From Kordiimonas sp. (GTDB lineage: Bacteria > Pseudomonadota > Alphaproteobacteria > Sphingomonadales > Kordiimonadaceae), in the NCBI RefSeq assembly GCF_965216265.1, contig NZ_OZ244153.1:2785147-2849146 (forward strand): 64,000 nucleotides of DNA. The letters are read 5' to 3'. Both the position numbers and the translations under genes were made by a program. This document shows positions 18,128 to 26,742 of this stretch, one piece after another. The notes beneath the pieces are model-generated. The model did no database searches. It was not told the DNA's origin and saw only the letters and a program-made list of their open reading frames with translations. Position 1 is the stretch's first letter. Each line of letters starts with the position of its first letter.

Positions 18128-19799
18128 TCATGGCCTCCATCAGCGCGCGTTCCAGCCCGAAATATTCTGCCTTGGTGAGGAAGTGTGGCCTCACGCCTGT
18201 TGAGTTGAAGCTGCCAACCAGACGGCCGCTTTCATCCTCGCCGGTAAATTCAAATTTGAACAGGTCCTGCGTGGTGATCACGTCGCCTTCCATGCCTACA
18301 ACCTCGGTGACATGGGTGGTGCGGCGGCCACCGTCGCGCATGCGCTGTACCTGCACAATCAGGTCAAGAGACGCTGATACCTGCTCACGGATAGCTTTGG
18401 CGGGCAAATGCAGCCCCGCCATGTTGACCATATTCTCCAGCCGGGTCAGCGCCTCACGCGGCCTGTTGGCGTGGATGGTGCCCATGGAGCCGTCGTGGCC
18501 CGTGTTCATGGCTTGCAGCATGTCAATTGCTTCACCGCCCCTGATCTCACCGAGGATGATACGGTCTGGCCGCATACGAAGGGCGTTTTTCACCAAGTCA
18601 CGCATGGTAACCTCGCCGCCGCCCTCAAGGTTTGCGGGGCGGGTCTCGAGGCGCACCACATGGGGCTGCTGCAGTTGCAGCTCAGCCGCATCCTCGATGG
18701 TGACAACGCGTTCGCCCTTGTCAATCATGCGGGAAAGTGCGTTCAGCATCGTGGTTTTACCGGACCCTGTACCGCCTGAGATAAGGATATTGAGACGGCA
18801 GGCGCCTGCAATTTTCAATAACTTCGCGAGAGGCGGTGTGATGGAGCCAAACTCGAGCATCTTGTCGAGGGTGATCTTGTCTTTGGTGAACTTCCGTATG
18901 GAGATAGACGCACCATCAATGGCCAGCGGCGGTGCAATAACGTTCACGCGGCTACCGTCTGCAAGGCGTGCGTCACAGATGGGCGAGCTTTCATCCACGC
19001 GCCGCCCCACGGCGGTCACGATACGCTGCGCCACGTTCATCAAATGCTGATTGTCACGGAAGTGTACGTCCGTCAGGCTGATGCGGCCTTTTTGCTCCAC
19101 ATAAACCTGGTTGGGGCCGTTGACCATGATGTCTGAGATGGTGTCGTCCGCCAGCAAGGGCTCAAGCGGGCCAAGGCCCAGCATGTCGTCAAGGAGCAGG
19201 GACACAAGGTCACGTTGTTCCGTGAGGTTCAGGTTGATCTTTTCCTGAACCAAGAGTTCACCCACCACTTCACCAACCTGGTCGGCCAGTTCAGGGCGCG
19301 GCAGGTCTGCCGCTGCCGTGGGGTCGATGTGCTCCATCAGGAGGACCTGAATACGGTCGCGAGCCTCAAACAGCGTCTTTTTGTTGGCGTCCTGCTTCTT
19401 CGGTGTCGAGGCCGAGCTGTCGCCGATAGGGCCGATGTTCTCTTCCGCTTCATTGAGCAGATAGGTCTCAAGATCCTTCTGTTCCTGCGGGCTGAGGGTG
19501 CCGTTTTCCTCTTCCAGAATGCCGACGATCATGGAACCGATTTTTTTGACCACTTCGCCTTTGGTGGCCATGCGCAGCTCATCTGCAGTGAAGTGATCCT
19601 TGAGCCGCTCGTCACCAATTTCTGCGATACGATCGATGAAATCGGTGGGGGCTGATTGTTCATTGGCCGGGCGTGGGGAGAGAGCTTGCTGGGGGGCGCC
19701 TATAAGCGGCTTGGGAACGGCAGCAGTGCTGCCCCGGCCAAAGCTTCCGCCCGCCCGTTGTGGTCCTTGCCGTTTTTTTCCAAAGCCTGTCGGTTTCAT
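18120..19799 (-). CDS. cpaF: Tad pilus ATPase CpaF/TadA with an extended N-terminus
   Basis: GLGPLEPLL.D..ISDIMVNG; Walker A GGTGSGKTT; TIEDAAEL; MRPDRIILGE; MNTGHDGSMGTIHAN. Confidence 0.95.
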   Translation of the reverse strand: MKPTGFGKKRQGPQRAGGSFGRGSTAAVPKPLIGAPQQALSPRPANEQSAPTDFIDRIAEIGDERLKDHFTADELRMATKGEVVKKIGSMIVGILEEENGTLSPQEQKDLETYLLNEAEENIGPIGDSSASTPKKQDANKKTLFEARDRIQVLLMEHIDPTAAADLPRPELADQVGEVVGELLVQEKINLNLTEQRDLVSLLLDDMLGLGPLEPLLADDTISDIMVNGPNQVYVEQKGRISLTDVHFRDNQHLMNVAQRIVTAVGRRVDESSPICDARLADGSRVNVIAPPLAIDGASISIRKFTKDKITLDKMLEFGSITPPLAKLLKIAGACRLNILISGGTGSGKTTMLNALSRMIDKGERVVTIEDAAELQLQQPHVVRLETRPANLEGGGEVTMRDLVKNALRMRPDRIILGEIRGGEAIDMLQAMNTGHDGSMGTIHANRPREALTRLENMVNMAGLHLPAKAIREQVSASLDLIVQVQRMRDGGRRTTHVTEVVGMEGDVITTQDLFKFEFTGEDESGRLVGSFNSTGVRPHFLTKAEYFGLERALMEAMNG

Positions 19800-19820
19800 G
19801 TGCCTGATACTATCCCGCCG

Positions 19821-21038
19821 TTACTTACCCAACAGTTTACCAAACCATGATTTTTTACTGTCACCGATGGTGTCATCCGAGGTGACGGTGCGAAGCAGCG
19901 TCAGGTAAGCATCCGAAATCTTGCTTCTGGGGGCTTCCTCACAAATGACGACGCCTTTTTGGGTGGCCGCCATCATGGCTTTCACATCAAAAGGAACCTT
20001 CACATCAACAGCGTGCTCGATGGAGTTTTCAAAGTCTTTCTCGTCCACCTCATTAGGGACCATACCGACCTTGTTGGCTGCGACATAAACGTCAGCGCTG
20101 GGCGCGATCTGTTTGATGTGCGCCAGAAGGCGAATACAGTCTCGCGCAGAGGTGAGGGAGAAGTCTGTCACCACGATGATATCCGTGGCGGACTTGAGCA
20201 CATCCACGTGTGAGCCCATAAGTTGGCGCGGTACATCCACCACAACACAGTCGAAGTTTTCACCTAGTGCATCCACCAGCTGTTCGAGCGCGCCGTCTGC
20301 CGGGTCGCTCATGCCGCCAATTGGTGCTTCGCAGCCAAGGATGGAAAGTTTCTCATGGGGTTTTACCACGGCCCGCTCAAGGAAAAGGCCATCAACCCTG
20401 CGGGGGTTGTCAAGCGCGTCTGAAAGTCCACGACCGGGTTCAAGGTCAAACTGCATGGCAGAGGTGCCGAAAAACAGGTCAAGGTCCAGAAGCGCAGTTT
20501 TCTTGCCTTGGTCAGCAAAAAGCCAGGCCATGTTGGCAACCAGCGTGCTGGCGCCAATACCGCCTCGAACGCCCACGCAAACAATCTGCCGTGCGTCTGT
20601 CTTGGGGCCTTGCTCCTCAACCTCTTCTTCAACAAAGATCGCGTTTTCCGCCGCCACAACAGCGCTGTGAAGCACTTCTGCGGTGAGGGGTTTGACAAGA
20701 TAGTCATGCACGCCCGCATGCAACAGGTCGCGGTAGAGTGTTACGTCATTAAGCGTGCCAAGCGCCAGCACGACCGTGCCGGGTTCACACACGTCGGCGA
20801 GCGACTGCATGTCTGCGCGAGGGTCCTCGCTGTCGGACAGGTCGACAATCAGAAACTCAGGGCAGGGCATGCCGCCGAGCGCACGGACCGCACCGGCAAC
20901 GCCGCCAGAGAAAATCATGTCCGGGTCCCAACCACGTTCAGTAATGACGGGGTGCAGGATTTGGGATGAAAGCTCATCGCAGATGAACGCGGCGTATGTC
21001 TCGCGCTGATCCAGCTTTACTGCAGATGCGGATGCCAT
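19821..21038 (-). CDS. cpaE: Pilus localisation protein CpaE/TadZ (receiver-like domain plus ParA/MinD-like domain)
   Basis: LYRDLLHAGVHDYLVKP; deviant Walker GVRGGIGASTL; LLDLDLFFGT. Confidence 0.9.
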   Translation of the reverse strand: MASASAVKLDQRETYAAFICDELSSQILHPVITERGWDPDMIFSGGVAGAVRALGGMPCPEFLIVDLSDSEDPRADMQSLADVCEPGTVVLALGTLNDVTLYRDLLHAGVHDYLVKPLTAEVLHSAVVAAENAIFVEEEVEEQGPKTDARQIVCVGVRGGIGASTLVANMAWLFADQGKKTALLDLDLFFGTSAMQFDLEPGRGLSDALDNPRRVDGLFLERAVVKPHEKLSILGCEAPIGGMSDPADGALEQLVDALGENFDCVVVDVPRQLMGSHVDVLKSATDIIVVTDFSLTSARDCIRLLAHIKQIAPSADVYVAANKVGMVPNEVDEKDFENSIEHAVDVKVPFDVKAMMAATQKGVVICEEAPRSKISDAYLTLLRTVTSDDTIGDSKKSWFGKLLGK

Positions 21039-21051
21039 CTCTCACGCCTCC

Positions 21052-21756
21052 CTAGTTATTGCCTTGCACAGGCGCGCCTGGCGTGGGAAGGGGCTGTGTG
21101 ACAGGCGGCATGCCGTCGATCGAGAGGGTCATGGTTGGCCCGGTGGACTGCGGTGTGGGCGTATAGAGCGCGCCAACCGCTGCGGCCGTTGAGTTGCCAC
21201 CATTTTCACCCGCGATCAAATCACGCGGGTTGGCCACCATCATGCCCAGGTTCGAGGTCACCGCGCAGCCAAAATAGCTGCTGGTATTGTTGCGGGTGTT
21301 GTTGCTGGCCTCGCTCGGCCAGCCGCCACAGGCCGGCGGGGTCACGATATAGCGTTCCACATAGAGGTTGATGGTGCCGGGCTGCGGTTCTGCACCAAGA
21401 GGGGCTTCACCTGCATACACAAGGCCGCGCTTTTTGAGGAAAGCAGCGACCGCGTCACGGCGGTTGGGAGAGCTTGCGCTATCCAGCATGATGATATCGC
21501 CGTGGCCCGCGTTAACGCTGGCGAGGAAAGCCCCAAGGGCCGCGAATGTTGCGTTTGAAGGCGTGTCGGTGCCGTCATCTTCCGCCATGATGGTGTGGTC
21601 GAGCCGCACCATAGTGACAGCGTTGCGGTTCACGGTTTCGCCCAGTGTTGGCTCAACCACATTGTCGTGCATGCACGCGGTTGTGGTGAGAAGCGAGAGG
21701 CTGATGGCAAGTGGCTTCAACATAGTGGCCACAGAATTTGCATGAAGGTTTTTCAT
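21052..21756 (-). CDS. cpaD: Pilus assembly lipoprotein CpaD
   Basis: Lipobox-like LTTTAC; PPACGGWP...N..SSYFGCAVTSNLGMMVANPRDL. Confidence 0.88.
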   Translation of the reverse strand: MKNLHANSVATMLKPLAISLSLLTTTACMHDNVVEPTLGETVNRNAVTMVRLDHTIMAEDDGTDTPSNATFAALGAFLASVNAGHGDIIMLDSASSPNRRDAVAAFLKKRGLVYAGEAPLGAEPQPGTINLYVERYIVTPPACGGWPSEASNNTRNNTSSYFGCAVTSNLGMMVANPRDLIAGENGGNSTAAAVGALYTPTPQSTGPTMTLSIDGMPPVTQPLPTPGAPVQGNN

Positions 21757-21771
21757 CGTTCGGGCCTTTCC

Positions 21772-23226
21772 TTAGTCGAGTTGGAAGCCAGCGCGCTTCT
21801 TCAGGGAAGCGCCGTCGGCGTTATCTAGGGTGGAAGCCACATCCGGCTCGGTTGGTACCCAGCGGCGGCCATTGAGGAACCGGTCCATATCCGTTGGGGC
21901 GACAAATTTGTCTGTTGGCAGCACAAGCTGGCGGTCAGACACCGGGCGCACGATATAAGGGGTTACAACGATCAGAAGTTCGGTTTCCTCGCGGCGGAAC
22001 TTCTCGGACCGGAACAGCGCACCAAGGATAGGAATGTCGCCAAGGCCGGGGAATTTGTCCGAATCTTCCACCACATTGTTCTGCAACAGCCCTGCGATCG
22101 CGAAGGATTGGCCGGAGCCCAGCTCAACCGTTGTTTCCGCGCGGCGGGTGCTGATGGATGGCACGCTGATGCCTTCAACGCGGATTGCTCCGGCGGATGA
22201 CAAATCACTGACCTCAGGGCGCACCCGCATGGAAATGCGGCCTGTGTTCATCACCGTGGGGGTAAACTCAAGCTGCACACCAAACTCGCGGTACTGGATG
22301 CCGAGGCCGTCCCGGCTTGGGACCGGAATGGGGAACTCACCACCCGCGAGGAAATTGGCTGTCTGGCCTGTGAGCGCGGTGAGGTTCGGCTCCGCCAGCA
22401 CACGCAGGAAACCCTCCTGGTCAAGCGCGTCAATCGCCCAGTTCAGGTCAAGCCCGCCGCCGCCTACGCTACCCATAAGGCTGAAGGCATCTGCGGCCGG
22501 ATTGAAGACCTTGGTGGGCAGTTCCGTAACCGGGTCGAGGATAATGTCTGCAACGTTACGGGTCTGAAACAACCCAAAGCCTACGTCGCCTGTGCCGTAT
22601 AGCCCTTCCCATGCGAAGCCAAGCTGCTTGACCACGCTGCGGGAAACTTCTGCAATACGTACACGCAGGTTCACCTGTGTTGGTTGGGTCACGTTCAGGC
22701 TGTTCATCACCTGGTCTGTGCCAAGCACGGTATGGGCCAGCCGCTCTGCCAGTGCGGCCTCATCGGGCCCACCCACGTTGCCTTGCAATACGACAAGACG
22801 ACCAAGCGTGGTAACCTCGATGGGCACACCGGGCAGCATGCGGTCGAACGCCGTGCGCAGCGCAGTCAAATTCCGTGTTACCTGGACGGTTGAGCTGTAG
22901 ATTGTATTGTCTTCGCTATCGAGCGCATAGAAGGTGGTTTCGCCCTGTGCCTTGCCAAAGATATAGACAATGCGCGCAGATTTGACCTGAACGTCCGCAA
23001 CCTCGGGGTTTGCGATGAAAATCTCGCTTGCAGGACGATCAAGCCGGATAAGCGTGCCCTTGCTCACCTCGATAGCGAGGTTCTTGTCCGTAGCCGCCAT
23101 GAGGCTCGCACCGTCAACATCGGTGAGCGCATCCGCGCCTGCAGGCACCAGTGCCGCACCAAGGCCGAAGCACAGGGTCAGGCCCATGGCCGCGCGGTGC
23201 ATCATGTGTGGGAGTTGCCTGATCAT
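21772..23226 (-). CDS. cpaC: Tad secretin CpaC/RcpA
   Basis: QVNLRVRIAEVSR; LAEPNLTALTGQTANFLAGGEFPIP; RRAETTVELGSGQSFAIAGL; PGLGDIPILGALFRS. Confidence 0.95.
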   Translation of the reverse strand: MIRQLPHMMHRAAMGLTLCFGLGAALVPAGADALTDVDGASLMAATDKNLAIEVSKGTLIRLDRPASEIFIANPEVADVQVKSARIVYIFGKAQGETTFYALDSEDNTIYSSTVQVTRNLTALRTAFDRMLPGVPIEVTTLGRLVVLQGNVGGPDEAALAERLAHTVLGTDQVMNSLNVTQPTQVNLRVRIAEVSRSVVKQLGFAWEGLYGTGDVGFGLFQTRNVADIILDPVTELPTKVFNPAADAFSLMGSVGGGGLDLNWAIDALDQEGFLRVLAEPNLTALTGQTANFLAGGEFPIPVPSRDGLGIQYREFGVQLEFTPTVMNTGRISMRVRPEVSDLSSAGAIRVEGISVPSISTRRAETTVELGSGQSFAIAGLLQNNVVEDSDKFPGLGDIPILGALFRSEKFRREETELLIVVTPYIVRPVSDRQLVLPTDKFVAPTDMDRFLNGRRWVPTEPDVASTLDNADGASLKKRAGFQLD

Positions 23227-24119
23227 TTCTCGGATTCCTCTTTGGTGCGGCCGAGCGTGACAACAGAACTAACGCTGCCGCGTGCAACCCGAAGCGTTGC
23301 CCCCTTCTCGGCGTCCATCGCCGGGATAAATTCGCTGATCTCATCGCCCATTGTGTGGGAAAGCGTACGGTCAACCGGAGGGCTTTCCGGGTCCGCCGGC
23401 AGGCCGTCTGCGCCGTGCGCAAGGCTTCTGAGACTGAGGGAAAGCGAGCCGATATTCTCCAGCATCGCGACCTTTTCCGCCATTTTTGGCGTGACCTCGA
23501 TGGTTGCGGTTTTTGCAACACGGACCTGATCGCCGGTGGCTGCTGTGCGCTGGTCAACACCCAGCACCCGCACGTTCTGGAACACGGTTTCAGAGATATT
23601 ATAGCGCTCAGTGCGGGATACCTCGACCGCGTGGGTCAGGATCACATCGACACGGTCACCGGGGAAAATGAAACCGCCTATGCCTGAGGTGGCTGATACC
23701 TTGATGGTGGTTGCCCGCATGCCGGGAGTAAGGATAGCCGCAAGGAAGCCGCGCTCGCCCTGGGATACAAGGGCTGTACGGGTAACGGGTTCACCAGCCG
23801 AGATGGGGCTGCGCACCACCTTGCCAGCGAGGCCTTTCGGGGTCTCTGCTTTCTGTTCCTTGGTGTTGCGAGAGGAATAATAAGCCTCCGTCACACCAGC
23901 TTCAGGCCAGGGCTGCCATTTGACATCCTCAGGCTTGATGATGGTGCCAACAGGTAGCTTGCGTGCCGCTACCATGATTTTGGCTGTAGCCACCTCTTGC
24001 CGTGCAACCTGCGCGGTTTGCTGACTTTGTATGCCGCCCAAGTAGCTTCTGGTGAGGAAAACCACCACCATAACGCCAACACCGGCGAGAACGATAAGGA
24101 TCAGACTTCTGGGGTTCAT
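23223..24119 (-). CDS. cpaB: Flp pilus assembly protein CpaB/RcpC (SAF domain)
   Basis: LPVGTII; LTPGMRATTI.VSATSGIGGFIFPGDRVDVIL; FQNVRVLGVDQ; LSLSLRS. Confidence 0.93.
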   Translation of the reverse strand: MNPRSLILIVLAGVGVMVVVFLTRSYLGGIQSQQTAQVARQEVATAKIMVAARKLPVGTIIKPEDVKWQPWPEAGVTEAYYSSRNTKEQKAETPKGLAGKVVRSPISAGEPVTRTALVSQGERGFLAAILTPGMRATTIKVSATSGIGGFIFPGDRVDVILTHAVEVSRTERYNISETVFQNVRVLGVDQRTAATGDQVRVAKTATIEVTPKMAEKVAMLENIGSLSLSLRSLAHGADGLPADPESPPVDRTLSHTMGDEISEFIPAMDAEKGATLRVARGSVSSVVTLGRTKEESEK

Positions 24120-24197
24120 TGCTGCCCCTCCTGGCTTCCAAGTTGCCTACCCAAGGCGTGTGGGTCACGCGCACAAGGGTTAAAAAACTGTCTTAGT

Positions 24198-24689
24198 TCA
24201 GGCAGAAACCGCAGAAATCCTGTGCATACAGACCCAAAGACCACCGGCCATGATGGCAGCCCCGTAGGGGACTTTCATCAGGTTTGGTGACGGCTCTTTC
24301 TCAAACCGTTGCCAAACCAGCATGACTGCGGCAATCAGGCCGCCAAATACCGCGGTATAGAGCACAAACGGGAGGGCAAAAGAGGGCCCGGCCATCAGTG
24401 CCACAGCGGCCAGAAGCTTTACATCACCGCCTCCCATCAGCCCGGCGGCAAAAGCGCCAAGCCCGACAAGGAAGACAAAAAGCCCCGTTGCAAGCGGCCA
24501 GACAAGTGCACTCATAACGTCCACACCCGCCACCAGTCTTGTTATGGCTGCCACCACAAACAAGCCGACAATAAAAAGCGAAAGCCAGTTGGCGATCCGC
24601 CGGGTGCGTATATCGCTGATCGCTGCGGTCAAAAGAGCGCCCGCAAGAGCGATATAAGTGCCTGTCTCAATTATGAATGCTGCCTGCAT
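24198..24689 (-). CDS. cpaA: Prepilin peptidase CpaA/TadV (A24 family)
   Basis: AAISDIRTRRIANW; MGGGDVKLLAA; VPYGAAI. Confidence 0.92.
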   Translation of the reverse strand: MQAAFIIETGTYIALAGALLTAAISDIRTRRIANWLSLFIVGLFVVAAITRLVAGVDVMSALVWPLATGLFVFLVGLGAFAAGLMGGGDVKLLAAVALMAGPSFALPFVLYTAVFGGLIAAVMLVWQRFEKEPSPNLMKVPYGAAIMAGGLWVCMHRISAVSA

Positions 24690-24740
24690 TTTTCTGTGCC
24701 TGAGATCTGAAATTAGGATTACCTGGTCCTGCGTTTCAGT

Positions 24741-24779
24741 AAAAAAGCCGCCGGAAAAATCGTCCCCCGACGGCTTTTT
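24741..24779 (-). terminator. Terminator/stabilising hairpin after the pilin gene
   Basis: Stem AAAAAGCCG..CGG / CCG.CGGCTTTTT with an A6 run (U-tract on the minus strand). It would allow excess pilin transcript over downstream cpa genes. Confidence 0.7.
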
Positions 24780-24812
24780 GATAAGCTTCAGCTTATAGAC
24801 CTTTAAGGCCTA

Positions 24813-25007
24813 TTAAGATGGCTCTGCTTCCGGATCGCCTGCAGTATCAACGGCGTCGCCAACTTCCTCGAACTTCGTGGAAAGATCATCGCCCAGAGTG
24901 TTGAGGGCTGTAATCAGTGCGATTGCGATCAGAGCGGCGATAAGACCATATTCAATGGCGGTAGCGCCTTCTTCATCACGACGGAATTTAGTAAGTAGTT
25001 TCATCAT
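24813..25007 (-). CDS. flp: Flp family type IVb/c major pilin
   Basis: FRRDEEG|ATAIEYGLIAALIA: G/A cleavage site, E+5 and the Flp Tyr. Confidence 0.95.
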   Translation of the reverse strand: MMKLLTKFRRDEEGATAIEYGLIAALIAIALITALNTLGDDLSTKFEEVGDAVDTAGDPEAEPS

Positions 25008-25059
25008 TGGTTTTCTCCAGCTGCCAAGATTGGATGTCCTACTTATAGGCCCACACCCC

Positions 25060-25147
25060 TAAATAAAAAGTTAACGAGGAACCTGAAAAACCTTTTATTT
25101 ACAAATACTTAGTGTAAAATATCAGGTAAATTTACATCAAATTTTAA
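25060..25147 (-). promoter_or_regulatory. Three degenerate CtrA-like boxes upstream of flp
   Basis: TAAA-N7-TTAA (25060-74), TTTA-N7-TTAG (25098-112) and TACA-N7-TTAA (25133-47), versus consensus TTAA-N7-TTAA. Confidence 0.55.
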
Positions 25148-25524
25148 CCAGTGTTCAACGCCTTGAATCCACAAGGAGATTCGGGCCTGGCAAGGTGCGG
25201 TACAGGCCTCATTAAAGCGACTTTCAACTGATTTTGGGCTAGATGCGGGCATGGGGATCGCGCATAACACGCATTTTTTCGCGCCGAAAAAAGCGGAAAA
25301 TGTTTAAAATTTCGGCCTTTTTCATCAATGAAAGCCGATTCCTTTTGCGAATTTAGCCAAAATACGGGTGATTCTCCGGGGCGTAAGGGCCCGAGTCTCA
25401 GGGGGTGAGCAAGAGGGTGTGGCAAAACTGTGCGTGAATGTGCGGCGTGGGTGTGGCGGCTTTGAAGTGGTATTTGAGGCATAGCCTCGGTCCAGCCTCG
25501 AGAAGTGTGGCGGAGCGGGTGCCC

Positions 25525-25619
25525 CAGGGTTGCATTGCTTGCTTTCAGGGTTCCATGGTCGCCCTCAGGGCTCCATTACCTACCTTGGTAGGGCTCTATT
25601 CCTGCCCTTAGGGTTCCAT
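25525..25619. repeat. Five phased copies of an 11-bp motif (YAGGGYTSYAT)
   Basis: CAGGGTTGCAT 25525, CAGGGTTCCAT 25546, CAGGGCTCCAT 25566, TAGGGCTCTAT 25589, TAGGGTTCCAT 25609; periods 21, 20, 23 and 20 bp. Confidence 0.8.
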
Positions 25620-26186
25620 TTCCTGCAAAGAGCCGATACGCGGCCGGAAGAAAGATGCCTTCCTGATCGTGCGCGCGGGGATAAAGTCGAAGATGAGTGG
25701 CTCATACTCATAATATATTTCGGTCGCCAGAATGGTTTCATCATCCCGGAGCGTAAGCCCGTCCGGTAGCGTGACCGGGTCACCTTCCGCACCAAATTCG
25801 CTATCGGCGGACAGCGTGCCACCGCCATTTCGTTGCCAGAAGACAGACGCAACAATATCCTCTGTCTGGCTGATGGCGGAAACAATGGTGACAGAGCGCT
25901 CGTTGGTGGGGAAAGGGGTCAATATCTGCGGGACGGCTTCAAAGATATCGTCGATCACATCTTCCGATATGGTTTCATCCCGCGTGACAAGATCAGCGAT
26001 CGAGACCACCGTATGCTGCAGCTTCAAGGTCATCAGCAGATAGTTTCCCACCTCCACCGTGCCAATAAAAAAAACGAGATAGATGGGGGCCGAAAGCGCA
26101 AGCTCGGTGAGGATAGAGCCGCGCTGGTCTCCAGCCAATCTGCGCGTCGTGCGTTCAAGGCGCTTGATAAACTTAATAAGGCTCAT
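25608..26186 (-). CDS. TadE/TadF-like minor pilin
   Basis: DQRG|SILTELAL pilin-like N-terminus; LQHTVVSIADLVTR; FFRPR near the C-terminus. Confidence 0.85.
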   Translation of the reverse strand: MSLIKFIKRLERTTRRLAGDQRGSILTELALSAPIYLVFFIGTVEVGNYLLMTLKLQHTVVSIADLVTRDETISEDVIDDIFEAVPQILTPFPTNERSVTIVSAISQTEDIVASVFWQRNGGGTLSADSEFGAEGDPVTLPDGLTLRDDETILATEIYYEYEPLIFDFIPARTIRKASFFRPRIGSLQEMEP

Positions 26187-26742
26187 TGCGCACCGCCACT
26201 GTTGCCGAGAGGTTTACCTGGCGCGTCGCCCAGTCAAACAGGCCTGTCATGCTGGGGGCTGCGTAGCTCACGCGGTAAAGCACAATATCCCCGGCTTCCC
26301 CAAGGCCTGCGGTTGCCATGTCGTCATCCCACTGGCCGTTACCGTTCACATCCGTGAAAGGCTCGCCAAACTCGTAAGACCCGCTCTCGTTCTGGTCCGT
26401 ATAGGGTTCTGGTTCGCCAATATCGCCAAACTGCTCATACACCAGCGTCTCGATCTGCACCGCATCCATATCAACCCGGCCAAAGGTTTGTTCGGCGATA
26501 ATCTCTCGCACCTGCTCTTCGCGGGTGGAGCCTTCGTCAATAGACCCGGTGATGCCGAAGCGTGACGCTCGCAGTACAGAGTTCTCAAGCGATGCGGCCA
26601 CGAAGTAAATATTGGTAACCTCAAGCACACCCACAATCATGGCCAATAGGAGCGGTAGACCGAGTGCGGCTTCAACAGCCGCCGCGCCATCTTCACGCCC
26701 CTTAACCTTGCGTAAAAGCCGTATGCCTGCCCGCACCATCAT
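26173..26742 (-). CDS. tadE: TadE-like minor pilin
   Basis: REDG|AAAVEAALGLPLL with E+5; LENSVLRASRFGITG; D.N.NG repeats (DVNGNGQWD); VRNEPY. Confidence 0.85.
   Translation of the reverse strand: MMVRAGIRLLRKVKGREDGAAAVEAALGLPLLLAMIVGVLEVTNIYFVAASLENSVLRASRFGITGSIDEGSTREEQVREIIAEQTFGRVDMDAVQIETLVYEQFGDIGEPEPYTDQNESGSYEFGEPFTDVNGNGQWDDDMATAGLGEAGDIVLYRVSYAAPSMTGLFDWATRQVNLSATVAVRNEPY

Noticed and set aside
25417-25511. GTGTGGC occurring three times (25417, 25451, 25505)
   Set aside because: Short, irregularly spaced and in GT-rich low-complexity sequence; not distinguishable from chance.
25525-25619. Repeat array considered as a CRISPR
   Set aside because: Repeats are only 11 bp and degenerate, spacers are 9-12 nt, and there is no leader or cas gene in the window.
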